From Macrostomum lignano (Eukaryota), in assembly GCA_002269645.1 (NCBI GenBank), contig NIVC01002689.1, positions 1 to 64,000 on the forward strand: a stretch of 64,000 nt of DNA, given 5' to 3'. Below are positions 23,801 to 35,800 of the stretch, piece after piece. Under the pieces are notes generated by a model. That model had not been told where the DNA came from. It saw nothing but the letters and a program-made list of their open reading frames with translations, and did not search any database. A program made the position numbers and the translations under genes. How positions within the stretch are numbered: the stretch's first letter is position 1; each line of letters opens with the position of its first letter.

Positions 23801-26800
23801 AGTACAAAGAGATAGGCCGCCTCTCCGCCTATCTCTGCAGTGTTAACCATCTTTATGTTGAGAGATAGGCGGCCTCCTCCTATCCCAATGCACTACCCCG
23901 CCTCTTACTCGTATCTCCGCCCTGTCGCCCTGCTTACCCCTACTACTGGGATGGAATGGGGATGGCAAGGGGATGGGGATGAAATGGAAATTGGGGATGG
24001 AATGCAAGACGATGAGAGAGAGAGGATGCTGAGGCGAGTAGCTAGTCTGAACTCACCGCCCTCCCTATCGGCCATGCTATCGAAGAACAGCCAGTGGTTG
24101 GGCTCGGCCCTCAAGAAGCAGACGTAGTGGCTGGTGCAAATACAGACAACAGCCAGCAGATCCATGACAGTCTGACTTTCAACCACCTGTCCACGATTCT
24201 GATATTGCTCCAGGATATGCCTGGGATATTTAATCTTGATTGGCTCGTGCGTTTTCCCCTTTCTGTGATCCGCAAACATCTTATAGCACGGTTCGCAATA
24301 GGTGTAGTCTCGGCCGGAGTCGTGCTTGAGAAAGCACTGATGGCACTCGATGGTGGCAAAGTTGCCGCAGATGTTGCAGGCCCTGGCGGTGTCCGGCAGC
24401 AGGTTGGTGATGTTCAACTGCAGCACTGGCAGGATGCGGTGGAACATTTTATATGACTTCCCAGATCGAGGCATCTGCAGAATCAGGCACTGCGGCGGCT
24501 CGCTAAACTGGATGTTGCTCTGGATTAGCGACAGGTGCAGCAGGGTCTCAGTGTCAGCGATGTGCTCGCGTGCACCAGTGGACTGCGGCTGCTGCTGCTG
24601 CTGTGGGAACGCAAATGATACAAGCGTTGCTGTCATGTCATGGCTCAATGGGGAGTTGCTGAGATGCCAATTGGCTCAATGGGGAGTTGCTGAGATGCCA
24701 ATTGGCTCAATGGGGAGTTGCTGAGATGCCAATTGGCTCAATGGGGAGTTGCTGAGATGCCAATTGGCTCAATGGGGAGTCGCTGAGATGCCGATTGGCT
24801 CAATGGGGAGTTGCTGAGATGCCAATTGGCTCAATGGGGAGTTGCTGAGATGCCGATTGGCTCAATGGGGAGTTGCTGATGTGCCAATTGGCTCAATGGG
24901 GAGTTGCTGATGTGCCAATTGGCTCAATGGGGAGTTGCTGAGATGCCAATTGGCTCAATGGGGAGTCGCTGAGATGCCGATTGGCTCAATGGGGAGTTGC
25001 TGAGATGCCAATTGGCTCAATGGGGAGTTGCTGAGATGCCAATTGGCTCAATGGGGAGTTGCTGAGATGCCGATTGGCTCAATGGGGAGTTGCTGATGTG
25101 CCAATTGGCTCAATGGAGGAGTTGCTGAGATGCCATGGCTGATGAGGGAGTTGCTCAAAAGCCGGAAAGCTGATCCCTAGGCGATGATATCAGGGAATGC
25201 GACAGCTATTTTAGCTCCACAAATTTCTTATGTCAAAAAACAATTATATAGAAGGCTTATTTAATATCAGTGTGATTGCTAGTCCTTTAGCCAATAGATT
25301 ATTAATATAAACTTATATGAACGTTTTTTGCTGCATATCCGGTATACACATAAAATAATGAATTCGCTGAGATTTTTATAATCTTATCGTTCAAAGATCA
25401 CACACCTGCTGTTGCTGCTTCTGCTGTTCGAAAGGCAAATCGGCCCGATCAAGAAACAGCTGCAGCACATGGGAGCTCTGCCCAGTGCTCAGTTTGATGA
25501 ACGGCTCGTGACGGAGCGCGTGGTCCAGCAGCAGGTTGATGAACTCCTCGGGGTCTGCGGGTTGGGTTGAAAATGACATGAGAATAAAAAGGTATATCAT
25601 GTTTTCTGGGGATCTGGGAGAGTAGGGACTTAGTCTGGGGATCTGGGAGAGTAGGGACTTAGTTTGGGGATCTGGGAGAGTAGGGACTTAGTCTGGGGAT
25701 CTGGGAGAGTAGGGACTTAGTTTGGGGATCTGGGAGAGTAGGGACTTAGTCTGGGGATCTGGGAGAGTAGGGACTTAGTCTAGGGATCTGGGAGAGTAGG
25801 GACTCTGTAATAACTTTAAAGGCAAAGGCTGGCTTGTTGCACGAATTCAGTTTGCTCTGCTGAGCTAAGTGAGCTGAGAATCGCAGAGACACCGGAAAGG
25901 AAGTGCCGTTCCCAAGCAGAGTGGGAGGCACCTTTAAAGAGTATATTTGGGGTGGGTGCGCCCCGAGCTTCGTAGAGGGAAGGCAGTGGGACTCACATAG
26001 ACAGTGGAAAGATACAATGGGGTGAGTCACACGCAGACAGACAGACAGACAGACAGAGACGAGGAACCAGACACACGAAGTGATTCAGACAAGGGGGGTA
26101 CAAACATAACAGAAAACACAAGAGTACACAATGTCGGTTAATGTCCGTGGCACAAACACCACATCTCCCCCCTCAGTCAGCTTCCTCATCACGGCATCTG
26201 AAGTCTCTCCGGTGAACGTCGCGTGCGCGCCGGATAGCGCCGCGGAGCAGCAGGCCCGGGGCTCTCGTGCGCCGAATTGGCACCACCGCTGGGCACCGCC
26301 TGCACATCAGCCGCGGCAGTGGTGCTGTCGATGCCTTGTTGGTTGCGGGCGTCGCCAGGTGCCGTGTGGCCAGCGTCGGGTGACGGCTCGCTGACATCGG
26401 CGGGCTGAACGCTAGTGTCGGCGGCGGGTGCAGCCAGCAGCTGGTCGTTGTGCCGAACGTGTCGCCCCTGCTCCGAGTCGACGGTGCAATTGCGGCTGCC
26501 AGCACTCGCGATGACGCCCTCCGCCCAGCGCGGCGAATCGCCGGCCCTCGCGCCAACGCTGTAGTCGCGGAAGAGGACGCGGTCACCTGGCAGGAACTCG
26601 CGCGCGCGCCGCCGCTCCTGTAGCAGCTGCTCCTGTCGCTGCTGCACATCGCTGGCCAGCGAAGGCTTCAGGAGATCCAGGCGGCAGCGGAGACGCCGGC
26701 CTATGAGCAGCTGGCTCGGAGCGACACCGCTGACGCTGTGCGGGGTGTTGCGGTAGGAGAGCAGCAGCCGCTGCAGCTCAGCGTTGGAGTGGCCGCTCTT

Positions 26801-29800
26801 GAGAAGGTGCCGCTTGAGCACCTGGACAAAGCGCTCGGCCTGGCCGTTCGTGGCGGGATGAAACGGCGCCGAGAAGATGTGCCGAATGCCGTTGGCCTTG
26901 GTGAACTCGGCGAACTCGGCGGAGGCGAACTGAGCCCCGTTGTCGGACACCAACGTGCGAGGGATGCCTTGGCGAGCGAAGATCTCTCGCAGGCCCGCGA
27001 TGGTGGAGGTCGCCGCCGCGCTGCGCATCTGCTGCACCTCCGGCCACTTGCTGTGAGCGTCTACCACCACCAGGTACACGTAGCCGTTGACGGGCCCGGC
27101 GAAGTCGACATGCAGGCGCTCCCATGGCTCTGTCGGGAATGGCCATGACTGTACTGGTGCCTTAGGCGGGTCTGCCTGGTTGAGCTGGCAGGTGCGGCAG
27201 GCCTTGGCCGCAGCTTCCAGATCGCTGTCGATGCCTGGCCACCAGACATAGCTGCGGGCAAGAGCACGCATCCTGCTGATGCCGGGATGCGCTTGGTGCA
27301 GCTCCTGCATCACTTGCTGTCGGAGCGCTGTCGGTACTACGACCCTGGCGCCCCAGAGCACACAGCCCTGGTCAACCGATAGCTCGGACTGTCGGCGGGC
27401 GAAATCGATGAGATCGGCCTCGATGGACGCACCCGACTGCAGACAGCGCAGCACGCGGCCCAGCGTGGCGTCCGTCCTGGTGTGCCGCGAGACTGCTTGC
27501 GCTGTGATGGCGGACCCTACGCCCTCGTCGAGCAGCAGCGAATTGACAGCCGCCTCCTCCTCAAACAGCTGCGGTAGCGGCAGCCGCGAGAGTGAGTCGC
27601 AGTTGGCGTGCTTCTCCGTCGGCCGGAACTCCAGCGAGTAGTCATAGCTCGCCAGGCGGATGGCCCAGCGCTGCATGCGTGCGGCTGCGTGCGCGGGGAT
27701 GGCCTTGCGCTCGCCCAGCAGACCCAGCAGCGGCAAGTGGTCGGTGACGATGGTGAACCGGCGGCCGTAGAGAAACTGGTGGAAGCGCTGCAGGCCAAAC
27801 ATGATGGCCAGCGCCTCCTTGTCTAGCTGCGAGTAGCCACGTTGAGCTGCCGTTAGGCTGCGGCTGGCGAAGGCGACTGCGCAGTCCTTGTTGCCGATGC
27901 GATGAGTCAGCACGACGCCCAAGCCGTAGGGTGAGGCGTCACACTCCAGGCGTAGAGGCAGGTCCGGGCTGTAGTGCACGAGCACCGGTGACTGGAGTAG
28001 CAATCGCTTCGCCTCGTCAAACGCCCGCTGCTGCGGCTGCTCCCAGGTCCAGCGCGTGTTCTTGGCCAGTAGCTGGTGGAGTGGTGCCAGCACGGTGGAC
28101 AGGTTTGGCAGAAACTTGCAATACTGTGCCAACATGCCGAGAAACGAGCGCAGCTGGTTGACATCTTTTGGAGCCGGCGCATCCTGGACGGCGGAGACTC
28201 GATCAGGCAGCGGACTGAGGCCGTTGGCGTCGATGCGATGGCCCAGATACTCGACGGAGTCCTTAAAGAACTGGCACTTGTCTTTGTTCAGAAGAAGGCC
28301 AGCGCCCTGCAGGCGATGCAGGACTAGAGCCAGGTTCTTTTTGTGCTGCTGCAGCGTGCCGCCTGTGACGAGGATGTCGTCGACGAAGACCTGGACGGCG
28401 TTGAGGCCCCCCAGCAGGGTGTCCAGCGTCCGCTGAAAGATTGCGCTGGCGCTGGTGATGCCGAAAGGCATGCGGTTTAGCTGGAAAAGTCCTCTTGGCG
28501 TGTTGATAGTGAGGAAGGCCTTGCTGTCTTCGGACAGCGGCAGCTGCAGGAAGGCGTTGGACAGGTCCAGCTTGGACCACTTGCAGCCACCGCCGAGCTT
28601 GGCGAAGAGGTCCTCGATGCGTGGCAGCGGGTAGTGCTCCGGCTTGCTCGCCGCGTTGTAGGTGAGCTTGTAGTCACCGCAGATCCTAACGCTGCCGTCC
28701 TTCTTCACCACTGGCACAATGGGTGCCGCCCAGTCGCTGTGCTTGACCGCTTTGATGATTCCGCTGGCCTCCATGCGCTGCAGCTCGGCGTCCACACGTT
28801 CGCGCAGAGCGTAGGGGACGGGACGGGCCTTGAAAAACCGTGGCTGCGCGCCTTCGGTGACCTGCAACCGGACTTGGCCATGCTGAAATTCTCCCAGGCC
28901 GTCCTCGAAGACAGAGGAGAACTCCTTGATGAGGTCCCCGACGCCGTCGTCTGCAGAGACGGAGTGGACCTGCGCCATGATGCTCGGCCAGTTCAGCCGC
29001 AGTCTGGCCAGCCAGTCGCGCCCCAGCAACGGAGTGTCGCCCTGTGTGACGACAAGCAGAGGGAGCTGCAGATGTTGACCGTCGAGCTGGACGGTGACAG
29101 ATGCCTGGCCGATGGGGCGAAATCGCTCGTTGGTGAAGGTGCGCAGGATAGCTGCGGACGGTGACAGAGGCAGCTGCGGCAACAGCTTCTGCTGCAGGCT
29201 CTGCGGGATCAGAGTGACCGCAGATCCAGTGTCGATAACGAATCGGCACGGCTGTCCGTTAACCTGCAGCTGCACCGTTGGGCCTGCGTTGCTTCTAGAC
29301 GGCTGAACGGCGAAGATTGGCATTTGGGCGGTCGCCTCGGGTGGCGATTGCGGATCCTCATGCAGGAGTTGCAGCTTGGCCGAGCGGCAAACCTTACGGA
29401 TGTGGCCAGTCTTGCCACAGGCGTGGCACTTGGCGTCCCGCAGCTTGCACTGCTGGCGGCTGTGGGCGCCGCCGCAGCTTCCGCAGGCGCCGCTGTTGCT
29501 GTTGCTGCCAGCATTGCCGCCTTTTTTGCCGAAGCTGCTGGTACTGCCGCTTTTTCCGCCGCCTCGCTGCTGAAATACGCTCCCACCGCCGCCATGGGAA
29601 GACCCGGCACCGCGGCGCTTGTGCTGCTGGTTGCCGTGCGCATGCAGCTGAGCTACAGGGGCTGCCGCTCTGTGCGCCATCTCGTGCGATGACTTCTCTG
29701 CAGACTCCAAGGAGAGGATTTTCTGCTGCAGAGACTTAAAGGTGGGCTTCACCTCCTCCAGCAGCTTCACTCGGAAGGCGTCACTGAGCAGGCCGAAGAC

Positions 29801-32800
29801 GAGTTGGTCGCGGAGCCGCTCCTCCAGAGTGTTGCCGAAGTTGCAGTGGGCCGACAAGGCCTTCAGACCGGCGATGAACTCAGCGAAGGTCTCACCAGGC
29901 TGCTGCAGACGACGCTGGAAGCGAAAGCGGGCTGCCAGCTCGGATGGCTGTGGAGCGTAGTGATTTCGCAGGATCTCCGTTAGCTCATCGAATGACTTGT
30001 CTGCGATCTTTTTGGGAAGACAGAGGTTGCGCAGCACTGAATAAGCTTCCTCGCCAATTGCTGTGACGAGTGTAGCCACCTTGGCCTCTTCCTTCACCTC
30101 TTTGCAGATGAAGTAATGTTGCAGTCTCTCCAGATATACGTCAATATCTGTGTTCGCGGAGAGAATTGGGATGCCTCCCAGCGCGGAACTCGTCGCCATT
30201 GTAATAACTTTAAAGGCAAAGGCTGGCTTGTTGCACGAATTCAGTTTGCTCTGCTGAGCTAAGTGAGCTGAGAATCGCAGAGACACCGGAAAGGAAGTGC
30301 CGTTCCCAAGCAGAGTGGGAGGCACCTTTAAAGAGTATATTTGGGGTGGGTGCGCCCCGAGCTTCGTAGAGGGAAGGCAGTGGGACTCACATAGACAGTG
30401 GAAAGATACAATGGGGTGAGTCACACGCAGACAGACAGACAGACAGACAGAGACGAGGAACCAGACACACGAAGTGATTCAGACAAGGGGGGTACAAACA
30501 TAACAGAAAACACAAGAGTACACAATGTCGGTTAATGTCCGTGGCACAAACACCACATCTCCCCCCTCAGTCAGCTTCCTCATCACGGCATCTGAAGTCT
30601 CTCCGGTGAACGTCGCGTGCGCGCCGGATAGCGCCGCGGAGCAGCAGGCCCGGGGCTCTCGTGCGCCGAATTGGCACCACCGCTGGGCACCGCCTGCACA
30701 TCAGCCGCGGCAGTGGTGCTGTCGATGCCTTGTTGGTTGCGGGCGTCGCCAGGTGCCGTGTGGCCAGCGTCGGGTGACGGCTCGCTGACATCGGCGGGCT
30801 GAACGCTAGTGTCGGCGGCGGGTGCAGCCAGCAGCTGGTCGTTGTGCCGAACGTGTCGCCCCTGCTCCGAGTCGACGGTGCAATTGCGGCTGCCAGCACT
30901 CGCGATGACGCCCTCCGCCCAGCGCGGCGAATCGCCGGCCCTCGCGCCAACGCTGTAGTCGCGGAAGAGGACGCGGTCACCTGGCAGGAACTCGCGCGCG
31001 CGCCGCCGCTCCTGTAGCAGCTGCTCCTGTCGCTGCTGCACATCGCTGGCCAGCGAAGGCTTCAGGAGATCCAGGCGGCAGCGGAGACGCCGGCCTATGA
31101 GCAGCTGGCTCGGAGCGACACCGCTGACGCTGTGCGGGGTGTTGCGGTAGGAGAGCAGCAGCCGCTGCAGCTCAGCGTTGGAGTGGCCGCTCTTGAGAAG
31201 GTGCCGCTTGAGCACCTGGACAAAGCGCTCGGCCTGGCCGTTCGTGGCGGGATGAAACGGCGCCGAGAAGATGTGCCGAATGCCGTTGGCCTTGGTGAAC
31301 TCGGCGAACTCGGCGGAGGCGAACTGAGCCCCGTTGTCGGACACCAACGTGCGAGGGATGCCTTGGCGAGCGAAGATCTCTCGCAGGCCCGCGATGGTGG
31401 AGGTCGCCGCCGCGCTGCGCATCTGCTGCACCTCCGGCCACTTGCTGTGAGCGTCTACCACCACCAGGTACACGTAGCCGTTGACGGGCCCGGCGAAGTC
31501 GACATGCAGGCGCTCCCATGGCTCTGTCGGGAATGGCCATGACTGTACTGGTGCCTTAGGCGGGTCTGCCTGGTTGAGCTGGCAGGTGCGGCAGGCCTTG
31601 GCCGCAGCTTCCAGATCGCTGTCGATGCCTGGCCACCAGACATAGCTGCGGGCAAGAGCACGCATCCTGCTGATGCCGGGATGCGCTTGGTGCAGCTCCT
31701 GCATCACTTGCTGTCGGAGCGCTGTCGGTACTACGACCCTGGCGCCCCAGAGCACACAGCCCTGGTCAACCGATAGCTCGGACTGTCGGCGGGCGAAATC
31801 GATGAGATCGGCCTCGATGGACGCACCCGACTGCAGACAGCGCAGCACGCGGCCCAGCGTGGCGTCCGTCCTGGTGTGCCGCGAGACTGCTTGCGCTGTG
31901 ATGGCGGACCCTACGCCCTCGTCGAGCAGCAGCGAATTGACAGCCGCCTCCTCCTCAAACAGCTGCGGTAGCGGCAGCCGCGAGAGTGAGTCGCAGTTGG
32001 CGTGCTTCTCCGTCGGCCGGAACTCCAGCGAGTAGTCATAGCTCGCCAGGCGGATGGCCCAGCGCTGCATGCGTGCGGCTGCGTGCGCGGGGATGGCCTT
32101 GCGCTCGCCCAGCAGACCCAGCAGCGGCAAGTGGTCGGTGACGATGGTGAACCGGCGGCCGTAGAGAAACTGGTGGAAGCGCTGCAGGCCAAACATGATG
32201 GCCAGCGCCTCCTTGTCTAGCTGCGAGTAGCCACGTTGAGCTGCCGTTAGGCTGCGGCTGGCGAAGGCGACTGCGCAGTCCTTGTTGCCGATGCGATGAG
32301 TCAGCACGACGCCCAAGCCGTAGGGTGAGGCGTCACACTCCAGGCGTAGAGGCAGGTCCGGGCTGTAGTGCACGAGCACCGGTGACTGGAGTAGCAATCG
32401 CTTCGCCTCGTCAAACGCCCGCTGCTGCGGCTGCTCCCAGGTCCAGCGCGTGTTCTTGGCCAGTAGCTGGTGGAGTGGTGCCAGCACGGTGGACAGGTTT
32501 GGCAGAAACTTGCAATACTGTGCCAACATGCCGAGAAACGAGCGCAGCTGGTTGACATCTTTTGGAGCCGGCGCATCCTGGACGGCGGAGACTCGATCAG
32601 GCAGCGGACTGAGGCCGTTGGCGTCGATGCGATGGCCCAGATACTCGACGGAGTCCTTAAAGAACTGGCACTTGTCTTTGTTCAGAAGAAGGCCAGCGCC
32701 CTGCAGGCGATGCAGGACTAGAGCCAGGTTCTTTTTGTGCTGCTGCAGCGTGCCGCCTGTGACGAGGATGTCGTCGACGAAGACCTGGACGGCGTTGAGG

Positions 32801-35800
32801 CCCCCCAGCAGGGTGTCCAGCGTCCGCTGAAAGATTGCGCTGGCGCTGGTGATGCCGAAAGGCATGCGGTTTAGCTGGAAAAGTCCTCTTGGCGTGTTGA
32901 TAGTGAGGAAGGCCTTGCTGTCTTCGGACAGCGGCAGCTGCAGGAAGGCGTTGGACAGGTCCAGCTTGGACCACTTGCAGCCACCGCCGAGCTTGGCGAA
33001 GAGGTCCTCGATGCGTGGCAGCGGGTAGTGCTCCGGCTTGCTCGCCGCGTTGTAGGTGAGCTTGTAGTCACCGCAGATCCTAACGCTGCCGTCCTTCTTC
33101 ACCACTGGCACAATGGGTGCCGCCCAGTCGCTGTGCTTGACCGCTTTGATGATTCCGCTGGCCTCCATGCGCTGCAGCTCGGCGTCCACACGTTCGCGCA
33201 GAGCGTAGGGGACGGGACGGGCCTTGAAAAACCGTGGCTGCGCGCCTTCGGTGACCTGCAACCGGACTTGGCCATGCTGAAATTCTCCCAGGCCGTCCTC
33301 GAAGACAGAGGAGAACTCCTTGATGAGGTCCCCGACGCCGTCGTCTGCAGAGACGGAGTGGACCTGCGCCATGATGCTCGGCCAGTTCAGCCGCAGTCTG
33401 GCCAGCCAGTCGCGCCCCAGCAACGGAGTGTCGCCCTGTGTGACGACAAGCAGAGGGAGCTGCAGATGTTGACCGTCGAGCTGGACGGTGACAGATGCCT
33501 GGCCGATGGGGCGAAATCGCTCGTTGGTGAAGGTGCGCAGGATAGCTGCGGACGGTGACAGAGGCAGCTGCGGCAACAGCTTCTGCTGCAGGCTCTGCGG
33601 GATCAGAGTGACCGCAGATCCAGTGTCGATAACGAATCGGCACGGCTGTCCGTTAACCTGCAGCTGCACCGTTGGGCCTGCGTTGCTTCTAGACGGCTGA
33701 ACGGCGAAGATTGGCATTTGGGCGGTCGCCTCGGGTGGCGATTGCGGATCCTCATGCAGGAGTTGCAGCTTGGCCGAGCGGCAAACCTTACGGATGTGGC
33801 CAGTCTTGCCACAGGCGTGGCACTTGGCGTCCCGCAGCTTGCACTGCTGGCGGCTGTGGGCGCCGCCGCAGCTTCCGCAGGCGCCGCTGTTGCTGTTGCT
33901 GCCAGCATTGCCGCCTTTTTTGCCGAAGCTGCTGGTACTGCCGCTTTTTCCGCCGCCTCGCTGCTGAAATACGCTCCCACCGCCGCCATGGGAAGACCCG
34001 GCACCGCGGCGCTTGTGCTGCTGGTTGCCGTGCGCATGCAGCTGAGCTACAGGGGCTGCCGCTCTGTGCGCCATCTCGTGCGATGACTTCTCTGCAGACT
34101 CCAAGGAGAGGATTTTCTGCTGCAGAGACTTAAAGGTGGGCTTCACCTCCTCCAGCAGCTTCACTCGGAAGGCGTCACTGAGCAGGCCGAAGACGAGTTG
34201 GTCGCGGAGCCGCTCCTCCAGAGTGTTGCCGAAGTTGCAGTGGGCCGACAAGGCCTTCAGACCGGCGATGAACTCAGCGAAGGTCTCACCAGGCTGCTGC
34301 AGACGACGCTGGAAGCGAAAGCGGGCTGCCAGCTCGGATGGCTGTGGAGCGTAGTGATTTCGCAGGATCTCCGTTAGCTCATCGAATGACTTGTCTGCGA
34401 TCTTTTTGGGAAGACAGAGGTTGCGCAGCACTGAATAAGCTTCCTCGCCAATTGCTGTGACGAGTGTAGCCACCTTGGCCTCTTCCTTCACCTCTTTGCA
34501 GATGAAGTAATGTTGCAGTCTCTCCAGATATACGTCAATATCTGTGTTCGCGGAGAGAATTGGGATGCCTCCCAGCGCGGAACTCGTCGCCATTGTAATA
34601 ACTTTAAAGGCAAAGGCTGGCTTGTTGCACGAATTCAGTTTGCTCTGCTGAGCTAAGTGAGCTGAGAATCGCAGAGACACCGGAAAGGAAGTGCCGTTCC
34701 CAAGCAGAGTGGGAGGCACCTTTAAAGAGTATATTTGGGGTGGGTGCGCCCCGAGCTTCGTAGAGGGAAGGCAGTGGGACTCACATAGACAGTGGAAAGA
34801 TACAATGGGGTGAGTCACACGCAGACAGACAGACAGACAGACAGAGACGAGGAACCAGACACACGAAGTGATTCAGACAAGGGGGGTACAAACATAACAG
34901 AAAACACAAGAGTACACAATGTCGGTTAATGTCCGTGGCACAAACACCACATCTCCCCCCTCAGTCAGCTTCCTCATCACGGCATCTGAAGTCTCTCCGG
35001 TGAACGTCGCGTGCGCGCCGGATAGCGCCGCGGAGCAGCAGGCCCGGGGCTCTCGTGCGCCGAATTGGCACCACCGCTGGGCACCGCCTGCACATCAGCC
35101 GCGGCAGTGGTGCTGTCGATGCCTTGTTGGTTGCGGGCGTCGCCAGGTGCCGTGTGGCCAGCGTCGGGTGACGGCTCGCTGACATCGGCGGGCTGAACGC
35201 TAGTGTCGGCGGCGGGTGCAGCCAGCAGCTGGTCGTTGTGCCGAACGTGTCGCCCCTGCTCCGAGTCGACGGTGCAATTGCGGCTGCCAGCACTCGCGAT
35301 GACGCCCTCCGCCCAGCGCGGCGAATCGCCGGCCCTCGCGCCAACGCTGTAGTCGCGGAAGAGGACGCGGTCACCTGGCAGGAACTCGCGCGCGCGCCGC
35401 CGCTCCTGTAGCAGCTGCTCCTGTCGCTGCTGCACATCGCTGGCCAGCGAAGGCTTCAGGAGATCCAGGCGGCAGCGGAGACGCCGGCCTATGAGCAGCT
35501 GGCTCGGAGCGACACCGCTGACGCTGTGCGGGGTGTTGCGGTAGGAGAGCAGCAGCCGCTGCAGCTCAGCGTTGGAGTGGCCGCTCTTGAGAAGGTGCCG
35601 CTTGAGCACCTGGACAAAGCGCTCGGCCTGGCCGTTCGTGGCGGGATGAAACGGCGCCGAGAAGATGTGCCGAATGCCGTTGGCCTTGGTGAACTCGGCG
35701 AACTCGGCGGAGGCGAACTGAGCCCCGTTGTCGGACACCAACGTGCGAGGGATGCCTTGGCGAGCGAAGATCTCTCGCAGGCCCGCGATGGTGGAGGTCG

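Noticed and set aside
21619-23850. 743-aa ORF with an 18-aa period
   Set aside because: Translation of a stop-free 54-bp minisatellite inside a CYLD intron; no unique domain.
30200-30424. Track start MTHPIVS... for the 1411-aa polyprotein
   Set aside because: It begins at GTG inside the LTR; the first AUG is at the PBS. The open frame is kept only as a hypothesis in the findings.
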